In this document: piece after piece, positions 13,766-25,695 of the stretch
Layout: each line of letters begins with the position of its first letter
Numbering within the stretch: the first letter of the stretch is position 1
Assembly (NCBI RefSeq): GCF_001194135.2
Contig: NC_068994.1
Location: forward strand, 37,275,440 to 37,339,134
DNA length: 63,695 nucleotides
Origin: Octopus bimaculoides
Lineage: Eukaryota
Direction: 5' to 3'
Notes under the pieces: generated by a model
The model's input: only the letters and a program-made list of their open reading frames with translations
The model's database searches: none
What the model was told of the DNA's origin: nothing
Made by a program: the position numbers and the translations under genes

Positions 13766-13992
13766 TATTCCTAAAACTTCCATGATTAGTGGGATGGCAG
13801 TGACATCAAAGTTTCAGCCTGCAAGCCTTCATCAGACTGATCTACTCTTGGGTTATTTTTGGCTTTAGAGAGGCTTTGGCAAGTTGTTTTTCTGGAGTAA
13901 GTGAAACTATGTGAAATAATAATAAGGCTTTGTGCTAAATTGCTTTAATGTATAACTTGACATAAAAACAAACATTAAGATATACATATAAG

Positions 13993-14157
13993 GCACTGGA
14001 GAGGCTCTGTGGTAAGTAGCTTGCTTACCAACCACATGGTTCTGGGTTCAGTCCCACTGCATGATGCCTTGAGCAAGTGTCTTCTACTATAGCCTCTAGT
14101 CAACCAAAGCCTTGTGAGTGGATTTGGTAGATGGAAACTGAAAGAAGCCTATCGTAT
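13993..14157 (+). mobile_element. SINE family B, 5' half (runs into (TA)n and gap)
   Basis: gtggtaagtagcttgcttacaaccacatggttctgggttcagtcccactgc...gaaagaagcctatcgtata. Confidence 0.85.
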
Positions 14158-14523
14158 ATATATATATATATATATATNNNNNNNNNNNNNNNNNNNNNNN
14201 NNNNNNNNNNNNNNNNNNNNNNNNNNNNNNNNNNNNNNNNNNNNNNNNNNNNNNNNNNNNNNNNNNNNNNNNNNNNNNNNNNNNNNNNNNNNNNNNNNNN
14301 NNNNNNNNNNNNNNNNNNNNNNNNNNNNNNNNNNNNNNNNNNNNNNNNNNNNNNNNNNNNNNNNNNNNNNNNNNNNNNNNNNNNNNNNNNNNNNNNNNNN
14401 NNNNNNNNNNNNNNNNNNNNNNNNNNNNNNNNNNNNNNNNNNNNNNNNNNNNNNNNNNNNNNNNNNNNNNNNNNNNNNNNNNNNNNNNNNNNNNNNNNNN
14501 NNNNNNNNNNNNNNNNNNNNNNN

Positions 14524-14526
14524 AAG
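14524..14526 (-). other. Start of probable second coding exon of the protocadherin (remainder in N-gap 14178-14523)
   Basis: Minus strand reads gtgttaattttc(T-rich, about 28 nt)cag|CTT then Ns; this defines a 490-nt intron 15016..14527 after the phase-0 donor. Confidence 0.6.
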
Positions 14527-14672
14527 CTGAAAAAAAAAAAAAAGAAAAAAAAAAGAAAATTAACACCAAATATACAGTGCGTGTGTTTTTATTGGCTAAA
14601 CTGGCAATATGACCATCCCCAAGTACAACAACATCTGTTTCAACACACGATTTCACATAAAAAATCTTGCAA

Positions 14673-14713
<41 letters not shown>

Positions 14714-14897
14714 CTCTAACAATTGACCATAATAATATGATCATATGACTATATATATAATATTAATATCAATGACTAATATGACTATATATAATACACC
14801 CCCCCCACACATATATATATATACACTTATAAATATGTATAGATGTTATTTATATATATGTATATTTATATATATGCACCCACATATACTATGTCAT

Positions 14898-14916
14898 CAC
14901 CATTATTATTATTATT

Positions 14917-14993
<77 letters not shown>

Positions 14994-15000
14994 TATTATT
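14898..15000. repeat. (ATT)n/(CAT)n trinucleotide microsatellite beside the protocadherin donor
   Basis: Seen directly; the poly-His and poly-Ser ORFs here are artefacts of it. Confidence 0.95.
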
Positions 15001-15016
15001 GTTAAAGATACTTTAC

Positions 15017-17551
15017 CTGGTGTATTTCTTGTAAATAGCTGGGATGTGGAATTTCAGTAGTTGAAGTGTTCCAATTTGTAGATGAGTTATCCCCAGAATG
15101 AGTGTCTCTTCTCAGTGATGCTGATCGTGAATGTGCACTATTCACAGAATCAGTTACCACTGTAATTGGAATATCATATTTTGGAGAGTCTTGTTCACAA
15201 AAATATCTCGAACGTCTTCCTTGTTTTATGCATTTTTTATTTAAATTAAAATGTGTATGCCTCTGATTTCTTTTGTGAACAATACATACAATCACTGAGA
15301 CCACAATAGCAACAGAAACTATCACTGCTGCTACTACTATAATAATCATCAAGTTGATATGTATTCTGTTGTCTGATTCTGTGTCTTCAGCTGTGTACAT
15401 TCTGGCTGTTGTATTGCTAACAGTTAGTGTCAAAGACAGTGTGGTTGTTGTTGATAAAACTGGTGTACCATTGTCTTTGACTGCTAATTTTAGATTATAC
15501 GATCCAGCATCATTTTGGTAAACTGTACGAGAGAAAGACAAAACTCCTGTGTAAGGGTTAACTGTAAATAATTGTTTGTCATTGCCTCCAAGTATTTCAT
15601 ATCTGAGGAAGGAATTTACATGGCTGTCTCTATCAGAGGCTCTTAATGTTGTGATGTCACTCTTACTCTGTGGATGGTAGTGGACATCTATATTAAATAA
15701 TTTAATACTTGGAAATGTAAAGTATGGTGCATTGTCATTTTTATCCATAACTTCAACAATAACATTGGCTGTATTACTTAGCCGCGGTTCGCCATTATCT
15801 TTTACGATAGCCTTAAATTCGTACATGTCTTGTTTTTCATGATCCAAAGATTGAGCTGTTGTAATAAATCCAAAATTGGAAATCTTAAATGGAAGAACAT
15901 AACCATGCTCATCAAACAAAGAATATGATAGTTGTCCTCCCAGACCTAAATCAGGATCTGTAGCATTGATAAACCCAACGGGAAAATTGGGTTCTTCATT
16001 TTCATAAGTTAAGAATTTAAACGTGCTTTTTGTAAAGTATGGTTGTACATCATTGATATCCATCACTTCAATANNNNNNNNNNNNNNNNNNNNNNNNNNN
16101 NNNNNNNNNNNNNNNNNNNNNNNNNNNNNNNNNNNNNNNNNNNNNNNNNNNNNNNNNNNNNNNNNNNNNNNNNNNNNNNNNNNNNNNNNNNNNNNNNNNN
16201 NNNNNNNNNNNNNNNNNNNNNNNNNNNNNNAGGATGGAAATCCCTTATCTTCACAGACAATACTTAAATCCATGTGACTTTCTAATTCTCTGTTAACAAG
16301 ACTTTTGATAACAACTTTATATTTATTTTTCCCCAGACTTTGAAGCATAAACTTCTCGTGATTTAGAATACAATCAACCTCTCCATTGTGGCCACTGTCA
16401 GCATCAGTGACCTTCACATAAGCAATGAAACTACCAACTTTCAATCCTTCTGATATGGTAACCACATTTCCATCAGATTTAGAAACAAATTTCACATCAA
16501 TCCTTGGGGCATTATTCTGTTGGTTTAACACATTAATGAGAACAATTGCTGTAGAACTCAATGGAGGACTACCATGATCTGTGGCATCAATGAAGAGGTT
16601 ATAGGTTTGTCTTTTACCATATGGAAAATTACTGTTTAAAAATATTTCTCCTGTATTTTTATTTATGTTAAAATAAGATTGTGTCAGTGATGAGGTTTTG
16701 AGATTGAAATTATATGAAACATTCCCATTTTCACCAGCATCTAAATCGTCTGCAAACATCGTGATTACTGGCTCATTTCTCTGGTGTGCACTGCTTATAG
16801 TAATGTTATTTGTATTATGTGTGAAGACAGGTGCATGGTCATTTTCATCTATAACAGACACTTCAACTTTCAAAATGCCAACTTTTCTTGGGAACCCCCC
16901 ATTACTGGCAACAATCTGGAGTGAATAATGGCTTTTCACTTCTCGATCGAGTTCTTGAGTTAAACTTAATTTTAATTTCGAGGTACCAAGAACACTGTTT
17001 AAAATCGATAGACCAAATGGTTCGTCTTCATCCTTGCTTAAGTGGTATGTAATTTGAGAATTTGCAATACTAACATCTTTGTCCATGGCATTTGGGATAG
17101 ATTTTGTTGTTCCTTTTTTATCACTTTCATAGAACTGGAGATGGATAAGTTTCACTGGAAATTCAGGAGGGTTGTCATTATCATCAACTATAATAATTTT
17201 CAGTTCAATTATCTTCAGGAAAGTTTCCTCTTGTTGAACTGCAATTTCAATTATTCTTGAACATTCGCTGTTATATTTGCAAAGTGACTCAGCATCAAAT
17301 GTATGTGTGGTGTATAATTTTCCTCCCTTGGTAACATTAAATAACTGTGAATTACCATTTAATCTTTCATACAGTTGACTAAATGTGATTGGTTTGCGAT
17401 TAGACAGTAAGATACTGTCTAACAAACTAGTATCAGCAGTGATATCACCAATAAAAGTTCCAGGCCTTTGACCCTCTTTCACATGATAAGTAAGATCAAC
17501 AGACACTGCTAGCTTTATAAACAACAACACCATGGAAAGATTAATCTTCAT
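15017..17551 (-). CDS. PCDH: Protocadherin, cephalopod-expanded type; main coding exon (signal peptide, EC1-EC6, TM, proximal cytoplasmic tail)
   Basis: ORF 15002..17569 is listed from a GTG; the first ATG is 17551 (MKINLSMVLLFIKLAVS-VDLTY, signal-peptide-like). Six cadherin repeats (DDNDNPPEF, LDRE, DENDHAPVF, ATDHGSP, MDINDVQPYF, LDHE, DKNDNAPYF), an EC1 C-X5-C motif (CKYNSEC), TM INLMIIIVVAAVIVSVAIVVSVIVCIV then basic HKRNQR. Acceptor ttcttttctcttctttttcag at 17621-17623 and donor CAG|GTAAAG at 15017|15016; read-through gives VKYL* at 15002. A 157-N gap lies in EC4. Symbol is family-level only. Confidence 0.96.
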
Positions 17552-18132
17552 ATTATCTTTTAATATCACTTTAGTCAGAAATTAAAAAAAAAAATTTTTT
17601 TACAGGCATTTATGTTAAATCTGAAAAAGAAGAGAAAAGAAAAGCATTATAATTTTGCTTCCATAAAATTTTAAAAGTAAAAACAGCTAAAACAAAAATT
17701 TACTTTTACATCGATTGAATTAAATATTTCACACAATGTATGGAATTATCAAAATCTTTTTCAGAGTAATGGAAAGCCAAAACTGTTGTTATGTTAGTTA
17801 TAAAAATGTATTGTGGAATCTATAATTTAAACTCAGCAGTACAGCATGAGATCAGCAGGAACAAAATGCAGCTCTTGATGTGAGCATCTCATTACAATGG
17901 ATTCAGCAGTTGATTGACGAGCATTAATGAAATATATTTAAAAGTAGGTGTAACCTCATCTATTCGCTGCCTCAATAGTCATGACGAGGAAGTGATAATA
18001 ATAATAATAATAATAACAATAATAATTTTTAAAAAAATTCTAAGTATGCTATGAAGTGGTGTTAAATTTCTTAAAGTGGGAGTAACCTGAATTTTTCAAT
18101 ATCTTTCTGATGAGAAATAAAATTTTAAAAAA

Positions 18133-18175
<43 letters not shown>

Positions 18176-19095
18176 AAGTTTAATACATAGAATAATGGAA
18201 TAAAAAATATCAATTTAGGTTTAACTTGAACTATTTGGTGCAATGTAAAATAAGAAAGGATTACCATGTAGAAGGAACTGAAGAAATATTTCTAAAAGAA
18301 TTTAAGTAACAGTTTTACTCTTATAGTATACTTGATATTTATTTTTTTACTTGTTTCAGTCATTTGACTGCAGCCATGCTAGGACTGAACCCAGAAGCAT
18401 GTAGTTGGGAAGCAAGCTTCTTACCACACAGCCATGCCTGCACCTATTGATTTATATTTTGTGTAGTTTACCTGGTATTAATGGTTTATATATTATTCCT
18501 TTTAAATAAGTAACTATTTATTTAGCTAGCATCTGCTGCAAAACTAATGTAAGAAGCATTTAAAAATGTTAGATATGTGCCTTTTCTCTCAGTTTGGATG
18601 GTGAGTTCAGATATGTCATGTAGTACTTGGGTGCATGCCTTTAGCTGTGTTCTCTCTGTTTGCAAGCATTTGGCTTAAACATTTGACCTTAAACATTTGA
18701 TTCTCTCACCAATCATATTTTTCAAGTGTGGAACTTTGGGAAAGTGGCTATCTGGAAGCCCATTGTATGTGTGTGTGTTGTGTATTAAGGGAGGACTCCA
18801 CTTTGGTCATAAATGACTATGGAATTGCACCTAGAAAGTTATCCTCTAAGGCACAAGTCCAGGCAAACTTGTTTATGGAAGACCACCAGTTGCCCATACA
18901 TATTAGCCTCCACTCTCCATTCCACTGATGTTATCCAAGGGAAAGGCAAAGGCCGATACAACTTGGCACCAGTGACATTGTAACGCATTACATGTGTGTC
19001 CGTACACACTGTTAGTGCACACTTATGCTATCCACAGGTCTACCTTGGTACTTTTGTGATTAAAATACTTCAATTCTACTAGATCCTGAAAATTT

Positions 19096-19134
<39 letters not shown>

Positions 19135-19137
<3 letters not shown>

Positions 19138-19275
19138 CTCTCTCTTTTTATTCTCTTTTTTATTTTCTGTTATTCCTTTCTGTTGTAGAGCGTAGGCTTG
19201 AAACATTAAAAGACTTTCTCACTTTCTCGAGCATCAACTAATATACCTGCCTTTTGTTTTTCTGTAAATTCAATT
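19135..19275 (+). mobile_element. Probable Penelope-like element terminal fragment
   Basis: Abuts (TA)n and contains ttgtagagcgtaggcttgaaac, a decayed YTGANGA-G...C-GAAAC motif of the kind found at PLE ends. Confidence 0.4.
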
Positions 19276-19300
19276 ATATATTTATATATTTATATATATA

Positions 19301-19520
19301 TGAGGTGGGTGGTGAAAAGCTCCTGGCTTTGAGTAAAAGAAAATAGTGGAGGATGAGTTAATTATGATTTGTTCACAACATATTCCTCTCTCAGATTCAC
19401 ACACGTATTGCAGTGGTCCTTTTTACTTTTCTAGGCCCTGTAAAAGAACTTGGAAGCTTGGGTCTCCAGCCAATCCTTTCATAATAACCTTAAAGCTAGG
19501 AACTTTTCAGCACCCTGTCA
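19301..19520. mobile_element. Mariner-derived MITE
   Basis: TIRs about gagggtgctgaaaagttcctggcttt at both ends, TA flanks; the interior on the minus strand resembles the transposase end (..CVNLRGEYV..). Confidence 0.75.
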
Positions 19521-19785
19521 TATATATATATATATGTATAGTGAGAAAGAGAGAGAGAGAAAGAGTGAGGTATATATATGTACACACACATACATATATA
19601 TTCATACATATACACTTATAGATGTATATCTATCCATCGATCTATCTGTTTATGTATCTATCTCTTTATCTAGCTATTTATACATACATACATACATACA
19701 TACATACATACATACATACATACATACATACATACATACATACATACATACATACAAACAAACAAACAAACAAACAAACAAACAA

Positions 19786-20299
19786 AATGATTTGGGATAG
19801 AGAAGAGAAACTGTACATTTGTGGAAATTAGCTGCCCAGCAGATGTTAACATAAAGATCAGTGAAAAAGAATACCTACACTGAACTATTGACAAATCTGC
19901 TGTTATTCTAACCAGATTGCAAGTTCAGGTTTATACCTGTAGCTATTAGGGCCCTGGGATATGTAACACACTGCCTAAATACCAATCTTGAGAGATTAGG
20001 CTTCTCAAAACCAGAAAGGAGAAAGCTAACTTGAAGACTACAGATCCAATCCATCACTGGAACTTTAAAAATCTGTAAAACTTTCCAGAAGTTTATCATT
20101 TAAGTACATGCGAGCATGTCTAGATATGCAACTATATGCATGGGATATGCAGCTGTATATGCATGAGATATGCAAACATATATGCATGAGATATGCAAAC
20201 ATATACATAAAACAAAACGTACGAAATGAAAGAGCCTTGGATTTAGGTTAGAAACCGATTCTTTATTGACGACAAATCTTGAAATAAAACTGAATAATG
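19786..20299 (+). mobile_element. R4/Dong-like retrotransposon, 5'-truncated (RLE end plus 3'UTR)
   Basis: Decayed MIWDREEKL..EISCPADVNIK..; nearly collinear with 36790-37317; flanked by (TACA)n(AACA)n and a degenerate (ACAT)n. Confidence 0.85.
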
Positions 20300-21086
20300 G
20301 TATACATAGATGCATACATGCATACATACACACACACACATATACATATATATAGAGTCTATTAAAAAAAGATATACATACTTCAGGAAAGAAAAAAATC
20401 TGTATAAATATTTAACATGTGTAAGTACCTCTATAAATATAAATATCTACTTCAATATTTTAGCAAATTGCTATCACACTGAATAAAATGCGATAACACT
20501 AAATTAAAATATTTAGATAGGTTTTTCCTTTCCTGAAGTGTGTATACATTTTTTTGGTGGATACTGTGTGCATACTTACATGCATACATATATACATGCA
20601 TACATACATGCATGCATACATATCTACATACACACAGATGAGGAATTTTTTCTCACTTTTTATCAACCAGTTCTACTCACAAGACATAGACCATATATGT
20701 GTAAGGGACAGAGGATGTATATGCATGTGCATGTGTGTGTGCACGTACATGTGTGTGTGTGTGTGTGTCTGTGTGTTTGTATGTGTGTGTGTGTGTGTGC
20801 GTGTATATGAATGCTGTTGCCATGTGTCCTCACTAACAACACTAAGAAAAAACAGTGTGTTTCTTTTCAAAGACTCCAGTTTTGCTCAGGCAAAACTCCC
20901 ACAGTTTCTGTAGTATTACAGCTTTCAATGTGTGAGGATCAATGGACCGAAAATATTTTTCATAGAAAACAAGTAATGATTGGTAACATGACGAAAACCG
21001 AGCTGTGAAAAACCTGCTTTAACAAGTCATATCTAATCCGTACCCAATTGGGAAAATAAATGTAAAATGATGATGAAGACACTGTT

Positions 21087-21222
21087 GCCACCACCACCAC
21101 CACCACCACCACCACCACCACCACCACCACCACCACCACCACCACCAGCAACAATAATGATGACGATAATGACGATGATGATGACAATGACGATGACGAT
21201 GATGAAGATGATGATTGTAATA

Positions 21223-21255
<33 letters not shown>
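21087..21255. repeat. Compound (CAC)n/(GAT)n microsatellite
   Basis: Seen directly. Confidence 0.95.
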
Positions 21256-23407
21256 CAGATGTTTAACCTGGATAACAACTACATAAATCGTAATATTCTA
21301 AGAGAAATTTTAAGGGACCACCCCATACTTCCCCAATTCTTGACTAATTTGTCTAAATTAAAGAAAGAAAGAAATAAGTAAAAATGTAATTATTGAATTT
21401 TTGTTGTGTTCAAATTCCACCAAGGTCGACTTTGCTTTCCTTCCTTCTTGGGATTTGATAAAATAAAGTATATGTCAGGTACCAGGACTGATAGTAGCTA
21501 CAAAACCTGTCTCCCAAATAATCAATTATTATTATTACTAAGATATCTAATATTTAGCTTTATATTAGCCAATATATTTTGAGACGGTTAAAAATTTGAT
21601 TTATCTAAAAATTATAAAAGGNNNNNNNNNNNNNNNNNNNNNNNNNNNNNNNNNNNNNNNNNNNNNNNNNNNNATTAAGCAATATAAAACAATAAGCATT
21701 ATTGTGAGAAAAAAAACAAACAAACAAGAATAATGTCCCTCTCCTCTCTGCTTTGGTTCTAAAAATATTCTCATAATTACAATATTTTACTTTAAAACTG
21801 AAATTTTAGAAACCAATTTTATGCTTCGCAATGAAACCTAATAACAAACTTATTATTTTCATTTCTGTATGAAATTACACCTGTTTTCTATTTTGCTTTT
21901 TTCTATCAATATATAGTCCAACTTGATCATCACCAAGTGTGCTGTTGTCCAAAGTCAACTCCTCAATGAAGCAAGCCAGCTTTAACATTAAACTAAATTA
22001 CTTCATCTCGTATTTTTTTTTTTTTTTTTGCTGATATTTACTTCTATAGTTTCTATTCACTAGCTATTATTGACATAAAAAATTTATTCACTCAGTTCTC
22101 ATCATCTCTTTATATTACATCTCTATAACTACTTCAGAATTCTTTCTTTCAGACAATATTTGATGCCTTCGTTATTATTTTAAATCGCCAAGTCTTGATG
22201 TTATATTATAAAATACTATGTTTTTTTGTTTTTTGTTTTTTGATTAAAAATGGATGCCTACTGATATATATGAGTGCTTGTTGCAGAGTATTTTGTGAAA
22301 TACATACATTTCTTTTCTTTTTTGTACAGAATATTGTGCTAAAACAAACTGTCTACATTGTTATATTAAATATAGCATGATTATAGACACACACTCACAT
22401 ACTCACACACATATAAAGGCAGTGAATTAGGAAAACTTTTAGAGCATAGGATATCTTGCTTAGTGGTATTCAGTCCTTGTCTGTATGTTCTTAGTTCAAA
22501 TACAGCTGAGATAGTCTTTGTTTTTTATCCTTCCAGGGTGTACCAATCCTGAGCTGGGGCCAGTTCTCATTCTTTTTGTTTCCGTTTCTCTCTCCCTTTC
22601 TCTCATTCTCACTTCTCACTCTCCTCTCTCTCTCTCCTACCCTCCCTTCCTCTCTCCTCTCTCCCTGGCCTTCTCTCTCTCATCCCTTTCTCTTCCTCTC
22701 CCTCTTTCTATTTCCCTCTCTCTTCTCTGCCTTTCACTGTCTCACTATCTTTCCCTTTCCCCTCTTCCTATTCCCTTCCCCGCTCAGTTACTTTCTCTCT
22801 CTCTTTCTTTGTCTCTGCCTCACCCACACCCTTTCTTTATCCATCTCCACTCAACCCCCATCTGTCTCTGGAAGAAATTGACTGAGTTTAGACCATGAGA
22901 GTTATGGGGCCAGCCAGATTTCAAAACATTCAAGACATGCTTTGTGTCATGACGGTACCCCTAAAACTCCATCAGAACCCAAGGGCTCATGGCATATAGA
23001 TGTACATATATTTGTATGAAGATTAACAGAGAGGCAGATTAAACGTATTGAATTAATACACTGAACCCTATAAATAGATATCGTTTCATTTGAGAAGACT
23101 TTGAAATATGCCACCATTCAGTTTTAATACTTTCAGTGCTGTATTCTTGTGAGCGGACATATGTGTGGGAATGAAATACGCTTAGGGAATACAAACCTAG
23201 GTCCAAAATTTTTTACAAACAAGGTTGGTTGTTTCCAGTCTTAACCTTTAACACACTGCATTTTCTTTAGAATTCTTTACCCTGCCACTGTCCTGTTACT
23301 ACAGGGGAGATAACTCATGCAGTAACATGATGTATCTACAGTGTGCTAAAGGTTAATATCAAAACATAAAAAGGTATTATAGTAATAATAATAATAATAA
23401 TAATAAT

Positions 23408-23560
23408 CATCATCATCATCATCGTTTAACGTCCGCTTTCCATGCTAGCATGGGTTGGACGATTTGACTGAGGACTGGTGAAACCGGATGGCAACACCAG
23501 GCTCCAATCTAATTTGGCAGAGTTTCTACAGCTGGATGCCCTTCCTAACGCCAACCACTC
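23408..23560 (-). mobile_element. (GAT)n-tailed retroelement 3' end, apparently young copy
   Basis: Minus strand gagtggttggcgttaggaagggcatccagc...gcggacgttaaacgatgatgat; CpGs retained. Confidence 0.75.
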
Positions 23561-23573
23561 ATTACTGTATTTA

Positions 23574-24045
23574 AGGTTGTGAGCTGGCAGAATTGTTAGC
23601 ATGCTGGGCTAAATGCTTAGTGGCATTTCATCTGTCTTTACCTTCTGAATTCAAAGGCCACCAAAGTCGACTTTGCCTTTCATCCTTTGTGGGGTTGATA
23701 AAAGCAGTATCAGTTGAACACTGGGCTTGATGTAATCGACTTACCCACGCCCTTGAAATTGCTGGCCTTGTGCCAAAATTTGAGACCAATAATTATATTT
23801 GTACATGAATCAGGTCAGATAAATCCAATAATATTTCTACTAAAAGTACAAGGCTTGAAATTTGTGGGGAGAGGACTAGTCGATTACATCGACCCCGGTG
23901 TTTCACTGGTACTTAATTCATTGACCCTGAACGGATGAAAGGCAAAGTAAACCTTGGCGAGATTTGAACTCAGAACGTAGTGGCAAATGAAATACTGCTA
24001 AGCATTTCACCCGGTGTGCTAATGATTCTGCCAGGTCGCCACCTT
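23574..24045. mobile_element. Tail-to-tail inverted pair of SINE family A (23574-23785 +, 23843-24045 -)
   Basis: Both copies near full length; spacer about 60 bp. Confidence 0.85.
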
Positions 24046-25124
24046 AGATAAGTTTAATAATAGAATATAATGTTTCAAATCAGTCCCAAAACTTTCTACT
24101 CCCATTCATTTTGGAGATGATGTTTATCAGGAGGATGTTCAAAGTGTCTTCATTGCTCCTTCTCACCAAATTTTTGGAGGTGTGCTTGCTCAGGACTTAT
24201 GTGTGTGTGTGTGTGTGTGTAATGATAAGGTAATTTTGGTTAGAAAACTCTAATGGTAATTGCCTATGCCATAAGAATTTAAAATCTTTGAGAGATAATG
24301 AAAGATAAATTGTTTTTAATGGTAGAGCTTGCTGCTTAGTAGCCTTCAAATTTTCTGATCCAAAGGGTTTTCAATACAATGTGCGTATGTTATTACATAT
24401 AGCTTTATCTACTTCGAGTACCACTGTTAACAATTAATGATAATGTTTTTTTGCTTTTTTGTCGAAGCTGTATACACCATTCTAAGTATGTATTAGAATT
24501 ATAATCTCTGATGGTGAGAAGGAAAGGGAGCTGGTTTACTTTTGATTAACTAATACAAATCATCTTGTTATCTTTGAAGTAAATAAAATGGCCAAAACCT
24601 GTTACTGGAAATCAATGCGCAAAGATTTTTTATTATCTCATTAGAATAATGGGAATTAAAAAAAAAATTGCTCTATTTTATTCCTAAAATTTACGAGGAA
24701 ATACAACTATGGTCAAATACACCTAATCCTCTTTAACAAATGTGAAGATTAATTCCTAATCATTGATACATTTCGTGAAAGATTACTTTTGTTGTGAACA
24801 TTTAAAATTCTAGAATATTGTATTTCAATGAATTTGACTGATGAAATAAAACGAATCTCTTTGGGGATTACTGAAGCATAAGTACATTCAAAGAATAGCA
24901 GTTTCCTGTCTAATTTATTAGCACCAGATGAAAACAGTTAAATATGCAGTTTTCAAAGTGTGCCTGAATCACAGTGAACGTTTTACTATTTGTGTTATAC
25001 TGACTAATCAAAATGACACACACATTTGTTAATATATCTGGTTCTTGTATAATTTATGGCAGCCCTAGTATGATCCTTTGAAGGCAAAATTATTCTTTCT
25101 AATCTATGCACAAGGAGGGCATGA

Positions 25125-25282
25125 TTATGTGGTTAAGAAACTCACTTGGCAACCATGTGTTTTCAGGTTCAATCCCTCTGTGTGGAACCTTGATCAAGTG
25201 TCTTCTGCAACAGTGCTGAGTTGACTAATGCCTTGTGAATGAATCTGATAGATGGAAGCTCATGGTGTGTGTGCATATGTAT

Positions 25283-25358
<76 letters not shown>

Positions 25359-25695
25359 TTATATATATATATATGTATATATATGCATATATATATATCC
25401 ATACACACACATATACATACATACAGACACACACATATATATACATATATACATGCACACACACATACATATATTTACATGTGTGTGTGTGTGTGTATTA
25501 TCCCACTGCTTGATGACCAGTTTGGGTTTGTTTACTTCCCTGTAACTTAGTGGTTTAGCATAAGAGACTGATAGAATAAATATCAGACTTACAAAAAAGA
25601 AAGGTACTGGAGTTGATCTGTTTGACTAAACTCTTCTAGGCAATACTCTGCTCTAGAATGGCTGTAGTTCAATGACTAAAGCACACGAAAGGTAA
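25125..25695 (+). mobile_element. SINE family B with expanded (TA)/(CA) core
   Basis: Family B head and 3' half separated by about 240 bp of microsatellite. Confidence 0.75.

Noticed and set aside
17552-17569. ORF-track start MILKDN of the protocadherin
   Set aside because: It is a GTG codon; the first ATG at 17551 gives a proper signal peptide.
20960-21381. Poly-Pro/Met/Val/Gly ORFs (also 9011-9404, 14745-15034, 30046-30565)
   Set aside because: Translations of trinucleotide microsatellites, with no coding context.
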